A stretch of DNA of 64,000 bases from an uncultured bacterium (GCA_963746775.1 CAVVCK010000002.1:75571-139570), one strand, 5' to 3'; positions 21,429-32,080 are shown, counted from the stretch's first letter. A program made the numbers and translations. The notes: a model not told the origin generated them from the letters alone.

Positions 21429-24373
21429 TATTTTAATAATTCTTTTAATACTTTTTTGGCATTTTCAGTTGAAAATTCTTTTTGTACGTGCTTTACAGAT
21501 TCTTTAGATATCTTCTCCCATAATAACTTATCATGATATAGGTTTACTACTTTTTTAGCAAAAACTTTTTTATCATCTGCCAAACAAGCGTTACGACCAT
21601 CAATTAATCCTATCCCCTCGGCTCCAATACTTGTAGTTACTACTGGAACCCCGAAACTCATTGCTTTAGCAATTTTACCTTTAAATCCTGCTCCAAATCT
21701 AAGAGGTGCAATAAAAACTTTTGATTCGGAAAACAACTCCGGAAGTTTGTTTTCTTCAACAAAACCCGTAATTTTAAATTGTCTTTCATTTAATTTTTCT
21801 ATTTCTTTTGGTACATTACTTCCCACAATAACAACTTTAAAATTTTTAATTTTATTTTTTAAAACCGGGAAAATTTCATCGTGAAACCAAATAACAGCAT
21901 CAATATTTGGTGCATGTGAAAACCCTCCTAAAAATATAATATTTTTTCTCTGTTGATATTTATCAAGAATATTATTTTCCATAACTGGCTGTATCCATGG
22001 CAAAGTAGCAGTTTTAATATTAGAATCTATTTTATCAATTATTTTTATTTCTTCTTTACTATAAAATAAGGAAATATCCGCTTTTCTCATTATTGAAAAT
22101 TCTTTTTTTTGCATAGTTTGATCTTTTTTTTCAAGATTTTTATTCATTATCTCTGACATTCTTTGTTCCCTTAAAAAATGTAGATCAACTCCGATATAAA
22201 GTATTTTTGTATTAGAATATTTTTTGATTATATTAAAAAATTCATTAGCTATAAGTGGTCTAGAAAGAAATGTATAATTAATATATTCTCCATTTATTTT
22301 TATAAAATTTAGAAAGGCTGAAGGACCATAAATAACTTTAATTCCTAAATTTGTTAATATTGTATTATATGGTTCTAGATGATTTTCATTATAAGAACAA
22401 AAAATAACATTATAACCAAGCTTTACTAAAATTAATAAATATTTATAGGCAATATATGACCCTGCATCTTTATCATAAGTAGGAAGAGTAAGGTCTATAA
22501 AAAGTATATTTTTTTTATCTTTTGAAATTATATTATTATAACTATGTTTATTTTTCTTATATTTAAAAAATATTAGAGGTAATTTAATAAATTTAAATAG
22601 AAATTTTGGAATAAATTTTTTAATCTGTTTCTTATAAATTTTATAAAAATAATTTGGTATTTTCCAACGTAATGTATTTTTTAAAGTGTATATTTCTTGA
22701 TTAAGATTTTTTATATACTCATCTCTATTCTTTATTTCATTCTCTCTATTCTTTATTTCGTTATCTTTTTGTTCAATTTTAATATTTTTACATTTTATTA
22801 AATCCTCATTATTATTTATCTTATTATTTTTAATACTTTCATAAATATAGTAATAATGCATTTGCAGTTCCTCTTGCATCTTAATTAATTTCTTGCAGAC
22901 ATCATTCTTGCTTTTAAATAATACTCCTAATCCAAAAGAATGGTGAAACTCTATAGTCTGATATTCTTGTTTTAATTCCTCCCAAAGTTTACATACTCCG
23001 AAACCTGACTCTCCAACCTTAATATCATGAAAAAGAATAATTCCGCTATCCTTTATTTTAATAAGCCAATTTTCAAAATCATGCTTTACCGCTTCATAGG
23101 TATGCAAACCATCAATATGAAGAATATCAATTGATTTATCTTTAAATTCAGAAATGGCATTATCAAAAGTTTTTTTAATCAGTTTAATTTCCACACCTGA
23201 ATATAATTTATTGACTACTTTTTGTACAAATTTATAAATATCATCTCCATAAAAACCCGCATGCTTATCGCCTTCCCATGTATCAATAGCATTAATTTCT
23301 GTCTTAATACCCTCATCTTTTACGGCTTGACAAAAAGAAAAAAACGATGTTCCTTTATGAGTTCCTAATTCAACAATTTTTTTTGGTTTAATATTTCTAA
23401 TTAAATCATACGAAAATAATTTATGACCAGCCCATGGCCAACTAATGTCTTGAAATTCTTTTTCGTATTCAAATACAGGAACAAAATATTTCCAATCTTT
23501 ATTTTTTGATTTATTAATAAAATTTTGAAAATCAAAAGATTCTATAATACCAATTCGCTGCATTTCCATTGCCTTTTCTTTAGATATTAATAATTTACTA
23601 TACTCTTCATCTAACTTTCCTAATTTATAAGCATCAAACCAACGACGAATGTGCCAATTTATATCTTTGCTAAAAGAATTATTTCTTTCCATAGCTCTAC
23701 CGTAATTAATAACTTTTCTATAAAATTCTTTTTTTTCTCTTAATGGAAAATGAAAAATATTAATATTTTCAGATTTTCTAGTATTGATTACTTTTTTTTT
23801 ATTAATAATAGAATGATTACCCATCGAGACCTTAAGTAGTCCTTCTCCTGTTTTAAAAATAACCTTAGGGGGATACCTAAAAAAATATAAATTTTCCTTT
23901 TTTGAATCTTCTTGGAAATTTTCAGTTTCTATTGGATGAACTACCGCATATTTTGCATTTTCTGGAAACGATTCCTTGCCACCTTTATTCTCAAGTAATA
24001 TATTAATTAAATTAACCTTCAAAACATCAGCAGATGAATTCCATATTTCAGCTTTCAAGTCCCCACTTTTAGGAAACCAAAATTCATCCGCATCGCAATG
24101 AAAAACGATATCAGCTTTATAATTATCAATCGCAATTCTAGCCATTTTATTATTCCACTTTGATTGAGATATGTCTCTACCTGGCTCATCTATCAAATAA
24201 AGCTTTCCTTGATTTTGGTATTTAACAAAGACATTTCTTGTATTATCGCTAGAAGCATTATCAGTAGCTATAATAAAATCAACTCCATGATTAAGATGAA
24301 ATTCTATATTTTTTTCTATAATATCACCCTCATCCCTAGCAAGGATGGTCATTATTAGCTTCGGATCTTTCAT
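21428..24373 (-). CDS. Multidomain protein: GT2-like + SAM methyltransferase + coiled coil + GT4
   Basis: DADEFW; VELGTHKG..HIDGLHTYE; NEIKNRE repeats; PLRFGAGFKGKI. Confidence 0.85.
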   Translation of the reverse strand: MKDPKLIMTILARDEGDIIEKNIEFHLNHGVDFIIATDNASSDNTRNVFVKYQNQGKLYLIDEPGRDISQSKWNNKMARIAIDNYKADIVFHCDADEFWFPKSGDLKAEIWNSSADVLKVNLINILLENKGGKESFPENAKYAVVHPIETENFQEDSKKENLYFFRYPPKVIFKTGEGLLKVSMGNHSIINKKKVINTRKSENINIFHFPLREKKEFYRKVINYGRAMERNNSFSKDINWHIRRWFDAYKLGKLDEEYSKLLISKEKAMEMQRIGIIESFDFQNFINKSKNKDWKYFVPVFEYEKEFQDISWPWAGHKLFSYDLIRNIKPKKIVELGTHKGTSFFSFCQAVKDEGIKTEINAIDTWEGDKHAGFYGDDIYKFVQKVVNKLYSGVEIKLIKKTFDNAISEFKDKSIDILHIDGLHTYEAVKHDFENWLIKIKDSGIILFHDIKVGESGFGVCKLWEELKQEYQTIEFHHSFGLGVLFKSKNDVCKKLIKMQEELQMHYYYIYESIKNNKINNNEDLIKCKNIKIEQKDNEIKNRENEIKNRDEYIKNLNQEIYTLKNTLRWKIPNYFYKIYKKQIKKFIPKFLFKFIKLPLIFFKYKKNKHSYNNIISKDKKNILFIDLTLPTYDKDAGSYIAYKYLLILVKLGYNVIFCSYNENHLEPYNTILTNLGIKVIYGPSAFLNFIKINGEYINYTFLSRPLIANEFFNIIKKYSNTKILYIGVDLHFLREQRMSEIMNKNLEKKDQTMQKKEFSIMRKADISLFYSKEEIKIIDKIDSNIKTATLPWIQPVMENNILDKYQQRKNIIFLGGFSHAPNIDAVIWFHDEIFPVLKNKIKNFKVVIVGSNVPKEIEKLNERQFKITGFVEENKLPELFSESKVFIAPLRFGAGFKGKIAKAMSFGVPVVTTSIGAEGIGLIDGRNACLADDKKVFAKKVVNLYHDKLLWEKISKESVKHVQKEFSTENAKKVLKELLK

Positions 24374-24406
24374 AATATCTAAATAATTATTTATTAGTTA
24401 TTCTTG

Positions 24407-26230
24407 CTAAAAAACTTTCCTAAAATATTTTTTAACAAATTTTTTAGGATTATGTATCGCCCAATTTAATTTTCCCATATAGGTATTACCCAGCTTTTCT
24501 AATCTATTTAACCTATCACTTAATTGCTGTATTTGATTATTCTTCTGTCGAATCAAGCTAACATAGTTATCTATCTTCTTAGTTTTTGAATTCAACAATT
24601 CTCTTTCTAACTTGATTTTCTCTTTTTTCTTTTTAATATTTCTATTCATCAGTTCGGTAATTTGATAAAAATATTCAGCATCATCATTTGAATAATGTTT
24701 CTTAATAAAATTACCGATTACATTTTTGTCTCTACTAGACAAACTATATTGCCATGGTAAGGCAAGTGCATAAAAAACATTATGAATATATTTCTTAAGC
24801 TCTAGAGTTATTCTAAAAGCAACTATATTGGGCAACACAAAATCCTTAAGATATTCTTCTGGAAATATTTTTTTAGAAGCCAAAAGACTCATTAAAACAC
24901 CGGTAGCATAAGAATCACCAAGGTATTGTAAATTACTACTATCAGCATTCTTTGAAACACGTATGGTTCCATTTTGAACAGGTAAGTTCTGTAAATTTAC
25001 ATCATGCAAAACGCAAATTGCATTCTCTTTCAAATATGGTAATAACATTAGAAAATCGAGTAATTCGCCAGGAAGAATATGTAAGGTATCCAAAATACAA
25101 AAATCAATATTATCGCCTATTTCATCTAGAAAACAGGCAGCAACTCCACCTGTAAAAATATTTAACTTATCACTTAATTCGGGATAAAGTTCATTGACAA
25201 CCCAACCTGATTTTTTTGAATCATCTCTATAATATTTTTTATTATAATCGATTCCTAAAACTTTTACGTTATCTTTATTTTTTGTTTCGTTTAATATAAT
25301 TGCCAAACAACTACCCGCCGCTATTCCAACTTCCAAAATTTTTTTAGGCTGTTCTTTTATTATTAAATTTTTAATAAATTCAACCTCTGATTTTTGCATT
25401 TCCGAATACTGCAAAGCAAAATTTTCACATATTAAGTCATAAAATGGATTAATTTTTGCATATTTCCAAAAATATTCAGACAAAAACATTTCCTTATTGT
25501 TCCATGGTTTTGTTGGTCCACAATAGTGAATAGTATGTATATTTTCAGTTAATTTAGACAATTTCTTTTCGTTCTCATAATAGGATAACTGAATATTGTA
25601 TTTTTCTGGTAATTTTTTAATAGAACCACTCAAAACAACATTTAGAACATCTTGATCTACAAAATCTATTTTTTCCCTATTATTTTTTGCCCATTCAAAT
25701 AATTTCTGTTCGATTTTGTCACTTCTCCATTTATTAAGATTTAAAAGCATTAACCCTGCATTAAAATAGTAGCTATTTAGTGGTAACTCAAGTCTTAATA
25801 ATTGTGAACCCAAGAATTCTATTGTACTAGCATTCAAAATCATTCCCGCATAATAGTTTCTTATATCTGTATTAAAAAGATCCAGAACGTCTTTCGATAT
25901 TATCATATCACTATCAAGGTATATGACTTTATCAATATTAGGAAATAAAGAAGCCAATTTAAATCTAAAATAGTTTTCTATTGAAAAATAATGAGTAATT
26001 GGGCAATGCTTAAAATCATTTTTATCAACGATAATAAAATCAATGGAACATTTTTTTATTTTTGTTAATTCCTGAAATTTATTTCTAGTTTCTTTTGATA
26101 AATTTGTTGCTAGAATATAAAAATTTAATTCTGTTTCCTTTTTTGAATTAGTTAATATAGATGCAATAGTCGTTGCACAGTATGGGGCATAATTTTCGTC
26201 TGTAGATAATATTATAGGGATTGTGGTCAT
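24407..26230 (-). CDS. GT8 glycosyltransferase fused to methyltransferase and C-terminal coiled coil
   Basis: YLDSD, YFNAG, DQDVLN, HYCGPTKPW; LEVGIAAG, DTLH. Confidence 0.85.
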   Translation of the reverse strand: MTTIPIILSTDENYAPYCATTIASILTNSKKETELNFYILATNLSKETRNKFQELTKIKKCSIDFIIVDKNDFKHCPITHYFSIENYFRFKLASLFPNIDKVIYLDSDMIISKDVLDLFNTDIRNYYAGMILNASTIEFLGSQLLRLELPLNSYYFNAGLMLLNLNKWRSDKIEQKLFEWAKNNREKIDFVDQDVLNVVLSGSIKKLPEKYNIQLSYYENEKKLSKLTENIHTIHYCGPTKPWNNKEMFLSEYFWKYAKINPFYDLICENFALQYSEMQKSEVEFIKNLIIKEQPKKILEVGIAAGSCLAIILNETKNKDNVKVLGIDYNKKYYRDDSKKSGWVVNELYPELSDKLNIFTGGVAACFLDEIGDNIDFCILDTLHILPGELLDFLMLLPYLKENAICVLHDVNLQNLPVQNGTIRVSKNADSSNLQYLGDSYATGVLMSLLASKKIFPEEYLKDFVLPNIVAFRITLELKKYIHNVFYALALPWQYSLSSRDKNVIGNFIKKHYSNDDAEYFYQITELMNRNIKKKKEKIKLERELLNSKTKKIDNYVSLIRQKNNQIQQLSDRLNRLEKLGNTYMGKLNWAIHNPKKFVKKYFRKVF

Positions 26231-26234
26231 GTTA

Positions 26235-27056
26235 TTAAAATTTTACTACAAGATAAGAACCGTTTCTACAAATTACTTTTTTGTGATCCAAAATATTCTG
26301 ATAAAAAAGATTATCAATAGTGCTACAATGTTCATTAGTATTCCTAATAATTGGATAAGAGTCTATCCAGTTTGTAATAATTAAGTAACCCTTGTTTTTA
26401 TGCAATACTTTACTTATTCTTTTAAAAACTATATTGGACTCCTCTTTATTTATATGCTCTATAGATTCAGTAAAAATAACAGTATCTATTTTCTTCCAAT
26501 TAATTTTCTCAAGTGCCTCAATTAGATTACAATTTATTAATTTTACATTATTCTTTATTTCCAATCTTTTGCTTGTTTTTTGTAATAATTCTTGTGCACA
26601 TTTACAAGACTCCACCATTTGCACATCAATTCCTAAGTAGCTTAAAGCAAGACTTACTTCTCCTCTTCCACCACCAATGTCTAAAACATGTTTTGGTTTT
26701 CTAGAATGATTATCAAAAATTTTAGACACTTGTTCTTTGGCTATCATTTGTGGAAACGGAATCTTGCCTACACCTTTGAAATTTAAAATTCTTTTAACTT
26801 TTTCAAAAGATTCTATTCCTAATGCGCAGGCTATTGCTGGACACTGATCTCCAAATCTAATCATATTATAATCCCAAGCATGTTGTTCTGGTATATTTTT
26901 TTTAGTAAAATATTTTTCATTGCAGATGCAATTTAAATTATTTGATTTATAAAAATCTTTTTTTACGATTTTTATTATCAGTAGATTTAATGATTTTAAA
27001 AAAAATATTTCTTGAGAAATTTGCGCGGATTGGTTAATGCCCAGCCATATCTCCAT
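26235..27056 (-). CDS. Class I SAM methyltransferase (start uncertain, probably downstream of 27056)
   Basis: VLDIGGGRGE, ESIEHI. Confidence 0.7.
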   Translation of the reverse strand: MEIWLGINQSAQISQEIFFLKSLNLLIIKIVKKDFYKSNNLNCICNEKYFTKKNIPEQHAWDYNMIRFGDQCPAIACALGIESFEKVKRILNFKGVGKIPFPQMIAKEQVSKIFDNHSRKPKHVLDIGGGRGEVSLALSYLGIDVQMVESCKCAQELLQKTSKRLEIKNNVKLINCNLIEALEKINWKKIDTVIFTESIEHINKEESNIVFKRISKVLHKNKGYLIITNWIDSYPIIRNTNEHCSTIDNLFYQNILDHKKVICRNGSYLVVKF

Positions 27057-27406
27057 TGCTTGGAATTCTTCAATTTTTGTATATCTTCCCCTGCTTTTAT
27101 GAAAATTTTTTTTGTCGCCAATGATGTTTTAGCCTTAATGCTTTTTTGTTTTTTTAGAAATTCTGTTAATTCATTTCGCTTAATATTTAATTTACAATTT
27201 TTCTCTAACCACAAAACCAGTGAATATTCTTTAAAGATAATTTGGTAATCTCTTTTATTGGGTTTTGTTAATTTTTTTACCCAAAAATATTTTGATTTAT
27301 CAATAACATTTTCCATATATGTTTTATTAGATTCATTTTTTACATACTCCCAACAACCACCCCAACCATCTTTTTTTTGATTTATAATAATTTCTGGAAG
27401 TTTCAA
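26996..27406 (-). pseudogene. C-terminal fragment of a glycan-locus protein ending in the WA..NP.KF..KY tag
   Basis: Weak TTG start overlapping the previous stop; ends YGWALTNPRKFLKKYFF. Confidence 0.5.
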
Positions 27407-27636
27407 TTTTTAACATATTTTCTAAAATATTTTGACCCATCTATTCCCCAAATATTTTTATTGTAAAGGGTATATAAATTTTCTATTAAATATGCATTTC
27501 CGCAACCAATATCACCAAATATTTTTCCTTTAATATTATTACTTATCCATTTGGAAATCTCAAAATAGTCATCTTTCCAATTAAAGTGCATTTTATAGAA
27601 TTGATCATTGTAGTATTTAAGATTTTTATCTCCCAT
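27403..27636 (-). pseudogene. Truncated SAM methyltransferase N-terminus
   Basis: DIGCGNA...WGIDGS, then stops after 77 aa. Confidence 0.7.
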
Positions 27637-27653
27637 AATTATTATTTTTTAGG

Positions 27654-28066
27654 TTATTTATTTTCCAAATATCTTTTAATTATTTCTGCGCTGTTATCCT
27701 TAAAATCCTTAATTTTACCTTTTTCTAGCCACATAACTTTATTGCAATAATCTTTAATATTTTGCATTGAATGGGTTACATACAAAACTGTTTTTTGTTT
27801 TCTTTCATTTTTTTATAAAATCCCTCGCATTTTTTCTGAAAAGCAAAATCACCCACGGAAGAAAACTCATCTATTAAATAAAGTTTCCCCTTATTTTTAT
27901 ACTCAGTTAAAATATCTCTTGTATTATCGCTAGAAGCATTATCAGTAGCTATAATAAAATCAACTCCATGACTTAAATGAAATTCAATGTTTCTTCTTAT
28001 AATATCACCCTCGTCTCTAGCGAGAAGAGTCATTACTAATTTAGGATTTTTTTTAATAACACCCAT
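27654..28066 (-). pseudogene. Chimera: N-terminus of a paralog of the 981-aa GT fused to the C-terminus of a Wzt paralog
   Basis: ...GKLYLIDE|FSSVGDFAFQKKC..., frameshift, TVLYVTHSMQNIKDYCNKVMWLEKGKIKDF..EIIKRYLENK*. Confidence 0.85.
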
Positions 28067-28080
28067 AATTTTTAGACAAT

Positions 28081-30591
28081 TTAATTTATTTTTTCTTTTT
28101 GTACTGCAAAAGATAAGTATTTTACTAAAAACTTCTTTGGATTATGAATTGCCCAATTAATTTTTTCAAAATATTTCTTAATAAACTTCTTCGGATTGTG
28201 CACCGCCCAATTTAATTTCCCCAAAAAAGTATTATTTAATTTATTAAAAGCTTCTAGGGTTTTATTCTGATTTGCTATTAAGTCATCTTTACTCTTTATT
28301 TTATTCTCTTTCCATTCTATTTGTTTATCTTTATCTATAATATTATCTATAATATTTAATTGAAGATTACGTATTTGAATAATCAATTGTTTTTTTGAGG
28401 CATGTCTTTCATCACTAACAAAATTAATGCTCGATTTATTATTTCTGTATGCATTATTTGTTAAAGCTTTAATCTTAAAATTATTTTTCCATAATACATA
28501 AACTAAACTTAATTGGTCTCTATATGAATAATTTTTAATCCAATACCACCAATCACTCATAATTTTTATTATTTTTTTGTTGTTATGTTTTCTGTATACA
28601 ATATTAGTTTCAAAAAAAGTTCCAAAGCTTCCAGAAAAACCAGAATTTTTAATAATTGATTTTTGTTTTTCAATAGTTTTAATATTATCTTTTTTTAAAA
28701 ATTCACAAGCATCAAATTCATCATATATATTATGTCTTTCTGGATGAGGACCAATAGACATTAATTGTCTAGCAATATCGGCTCTCTTAATATCTTGAAA
28801 AATTCTATTATTTAATATATCAATATTAGCATCAACATATAAACTTTCATTATATTCTGGGAAAAGAATATGGGGATGTAATTTGTGCCAGCGGCTATTA
28901 CGCACATCATTTAATTTGTCAAATTTTAATGATCTAAATTTCCAAATAAATTTGTTTTTATCTTTGGGAATATTGTCTGTAAAACAAACATAATTCCAGT
29001 CATCATTAATATATTTGTGATTTATAATTTCATCATAATTACCCGTAACACAAGTATACACTACTTTAGTTTTTTTCTTTTTAATTTTCTGTATCCTGTG
29101 TTTAATTTTATTAGTGGATACAATTGTTAGTTCGTTTTTGCTATCAACTTTAAGACTGGGATAAACTAGTTTAAGTTTTTTGCTAATTTTACTATTATCT
29201 TCTATAAAATATATAAAATTTTTAGACAAGTGGGGTAATATACTTTTCATGGTATTTAAAATACTTTCATCAGAATGAAAACCATCATCAATAACAATAT
29301 CTATTTTATCTCCTTTAAGAATTTTTTCTAAATAATTTTTATTATCAACAGATTGATCAAATTCATAAAGTTCTGGTTGGTTTTTCAAAAAAGCACTAAG
29401 TTTTTTTAAATTTTTTATGTTGTTTTTGATATGATTCAAATCTTTATCAAGACAAATAATTCTTCCCTTTTCAAAAAGATCACACCAAACAGCCAGACCA
29501 CTTCCTTTCAAAATCCCTGTTTCCACAAAAACAGGTAGCTTTTTTGCCTTGATGATTGGCGAAAGATACTCCGCATACTTTTCTGCGTATCCATGATAAA
29601 GCATTCTATCTCCTCCTGTATTTATCTCTTCTCTTGTTCTTGTGTCAAAAGGAGAAACTTTGTTTCTTGGAACATTAGTAGCAATTCCTCCATACCTTAT
29701 TTCCTTTTCGATAAGCCATTTTTGTAAGTTTAACTGGTCTTTAGTCAACTTTTTTGGTAACTTTATCATTTCTCCAAATTCATAATCCCATTCAACTGGT
29801 TTAAAAGGATCTAATCCGGCACCTGGATAAAATGTCATTTCTCCAAAATAAGTTTTTCCTTTAGTTGAGTATAAATCTACTCTAACAAAAGGAAATTTTG
29901 ATGATAATTTTTTTGCAACAACTAACATTTCGTTTAAATTCGGTGGTTTTGGTATGTTAAAAGAATCATCCTTAGGATAAGCAAATTTTTCTATGTTTAA
30001 GTAATTCCAATTCAAGTCATAAAAATTTCTCCTATGGTTTGTAAATCTACCCACATCAACGCCAATGCATATAGGTTTTCCAGAAAAACAAAATATTTTA
30101 TAATCAAGAAGATTATCACCTAAATATTCTTCACAAATTATTTTTGGTTTAATGTTTTTGTAGCCCCATTCATATGAAAAATAATAATGATTAGAACTTG
30201 ATTTAATCCATTCTTTTAATTTATTTTTAACATCTTTTTCATTTAGCTTCAGTTTGTTTTTGCAAATAATATTTTGTCCACTACCATGATTTATCTTTAA
30301 AATAAATTTATTTGGTAGTTTATTAAAATTTATTTTATTCTCATTATTGTAAACACCTAATAGATTTGTTAAATATTTCTTTCCGATTATTTTTTTTACG
30401 TAATCTCTCACCTTATATTTATCAGCACATAATGTTAATAATGGATTTTTGTAATATAATTTTAGCCACTGCAATTTTTCATTAAAAGTTGTTGGGTTAT
30501 CTATATCTGGATTGTAACCAAAACTATTGATAAATTGTTTTTGAATATGTTCTTTAGTAAGAAATATATTATTGCTTATATTATTTTGCAT
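28081..30591 (-). CDS. Multidomain protein: TupA-like ATP-grasp + methyltransferase-like + DUF616-like GT + coiled coil
   Basis: FNEKLQWLK, DKYKVR, NHGSG, VRVDLY, GEMTFYP; ETGILKG, IDDGFH; VYTCVTGNYD, YVDAN, RDQLS. Confidence 0.8.
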   Translation of the reverse strand: MQNNISNNIFLTKEHIQKQFINSFGYNPDIDNPTTFNEKLQWLKLYYKNPLLTLCADKYKVRDYVKKIIGKKYLTNLLGVYNNENKINFNKLPNKFILKINHGSGQNIICKNKLKLNEKDVKNKLKEWIKSSSNHYYFSYEWGYKNIKPKIICEEYLGDNLLDYKIFCFSGKPICIGVDVGRFTNHRRNFYDLNWNYLNIEKFAYPKDDSFNIPKPPNLNEMLVVAKKLSSKFPFVRVDLYSTKGKTYFGEMTFYPGAGLDPFKPVEWDYEFGEMIKLPKKLTKDQLNLQKWLIEKEIRYGGIATNVPRNKVSPFDTRTREEINTGGDRMLYHGYAEKYAEYLSPIIKAKKLPVFVETGILKGSGLAVWCDLFEKGRIICLDKDLNHIKNNIKNLKKLSAFLKNQPELYEFDQSVDNKNYLEKILKGDKIDIVIDDGFHSDESILNTMKSILPHLSKNFIYFIEDNSKISKKLKLVYPSLKVDSKNELTIVSTNKIKHRIQKIKKKKTKVVYTCVTGNYDEIINHKYINDDWNYVCFTDNIPKDKNKFIWKFRSLKFDKLNDVRNSRWHKLHPHILFPEYNESLYVDANIDILNNRIFQDIKRADIARQLMSIGPHPERHNIYDEFDACEFLKKDNIKTIEKQKSIIKNSGFSGSFGTFFETNIVYRKHNNKKIIKIMSDWWYWIKNYSYRDQLSLVYVLWKNNFKIKALTNNAYRNNKSSINFVSDERHASKKQLIIQIRNLQLNIIDNIIDKDKQIEWKENKIKSKDDLIANQNKTLEAFNKLNNTFLGKLNWAVHNPKKFIKKYFEKINWAIHNPKKFLVKYLSFAVQKEKIN

Positions 30592-31315
30592 TATTATTAT
30601 TCAAATATTCTTTTATAATTTCACTATTATTATCCCCAAAATCTTTAATAACCCCTTTCTCTAGCCATATAACCTTATTACAATATTTTTTTACCTGCTC
30701 TGAAGAATGAGAAACAAATATAATAGTTTTTCTTTCTTTTTTCATATTGTTAAATACCTTTTCACATTTCTTTTTAAAAACAAAATCTCCTACCGCTAAC
30801 ACTTCATCTAATAAATAGATGTCAGCTTCAGCATGAATAGCAATAGAAAAAGCTAATCTTACTTTCATACCCGAAGAAAAATTTTTTAATGGAACGTCTA
30901 GAAATTCTCTGATTTCAGCAAAATCAACTATTTCATTAAACCTATTATTTAATTCTTTTTTTGTAATATTTAATATTGTACCATTCAAAAATATGTTGTC
31001 TCTGGCTGACAAATTCTGATTGAAACCAACTCCTAATTCTAAAAAAGGTACTAGCGTTCCGTTTTTGATTATTTCTCCTTTGTCTTGTTCGTAAATTCCA
31101 GCAATAATTTTAAGCAAGGTAGACTTGCCGGAACCATTTTTACCAATCAATCCTAGCCAATCTCCCCTCTTTAAATCAAAGCTGATATTCTCCAGCGCTT
31201 TAAATTTCTTGTACTTAATTTTATTAACATTAAAAAAATAAGCTCTTAAACTATTTTGAGTTGGTATTCTAAATGATTTATAAACATTTTTAACCTCTAA
31301 AATATTGTTTTCCAT
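30581..31315 (-). CDS. wzt: Polysaccharide ABC exporter ATPase, without C-terminal carbohydrate-binding domain
   Basis: GKNGSGKST, FSSGMKVRLAFS, LLDEVLAVGD. Confidence 0.92.
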   Translation of the reverse strand: MENNILEVKNVYKSFRIPTQNSLRAYFFNVNKIKYKKFKALENISFDLKRGDWLGLIGKNGSGKSTLLKIIAGIYEQDKGEIIKNGTLVPFLELGVGFNQNLSARDNIFLNGTILNITKKELNNRFNEIVDFAEIREFLDVPLKNFSSGMKVRLAFSIAIHAEADIYLLDEVLAVGDFVFKKKCEKVFNNMKKERKTIIFVSHSSEQVKKYCNKVIWLEKGVIKDFGDNNSEIIKEYLNNNNAK

Positions 31316-32080
31316 TTAAAAAAATTCTGCTACTTTTTTAATTTTTTTCTTAAAGAAAAAATAACCAATTATGAAAGTAGTAATACTTATTAGTAATAAA
31401 ACTATCAAAAATTTTAAATCCGGAAGTTGATTTTCAATAATTATTTGCCTAACTTGATAAATAATGATAGTAGTTGGATTTAGAAACATTATGTATCTAT
31501 ATTTTTCTGGAATAATGGTTATGGGGAAAAAAACAGCGCTAGCATAAAAATTAAGCTGTAATAGCACTCCCCATATTTTTTGTAAATCTCGAAAACGTAC
31601 ATATAAAATACTTGCGATAAACGTAAAGCCAATTATAAAGATAGTTAAAATTATAATATAAATAGGCAGAAGAAGCCATAAATAAGTTATAGCTGTAGGC
31701 TTAAATATCCAAAAAGCGATAAATACAACAAAACTAAAAAGCATAGCTATAAAAGAATTTATGACTGAGGCTACTACTGCTATCTGCCTAGGAAAATTAA
31801 CTTTTAAAATAATATTTGCTTTATTTAAAATAGAACTAAGCCCAGCTGATGTGCCTTCATTAAAATATTCCACTATTAACAAGCCTAAAATTAATCGTAA
31901 AACAAAATATTCATCCCCTCTGGCAAATATAAAGCCGAAAATTAAGTATAAAACTAAAAAATGAAGCAAAGGCTGAAATAAAACCCAAATAAAACCTAAA
32001 ACGGAATCATTATACCTCATCTTAAAATCAGTCTTGATCATTTGCCACAATAAATCTTTATTGGCTCTAGTTATTTTCAT
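31316..32080 (-). CDS. wzm: Polysaccharide ABC exporter permease
   Basis: DFKMRY..SVLGFIW, FRD, NP motifs; adjacent to wzt. Confidence 0.9.
   Translation of the reverse strand: MKITRANKDLLWQMIKTDFKMRYNDSVLGFIWVLFQPLLHFLVLYLIFGFIFARGDEYFVLRLILGLLIVEYFNEGTSAGLSSILNKANIILKVNFPRQIAVVASVINSFIAMLFSFVVFIAFWIFKPTAITYLWLLLPIYIIILTIFIIGFTFIASILYVRFRDLQKIWGVLLQLNFYASAVFFPITIIPEKYRYIMFLNPTTIIIYQVRQIIIENQLPDLKFLIVLLLISITTFIIGYFFFKKKIKKVAEFF

Noticed and set aside
419-31964. Short plus-strand ORFs antisense to the glycan operon (e.g. 419-616, 3367-3627, 6134-6403, 10359-10799)
   Set aside because: Lie opposite well-supported genes and have no motifs
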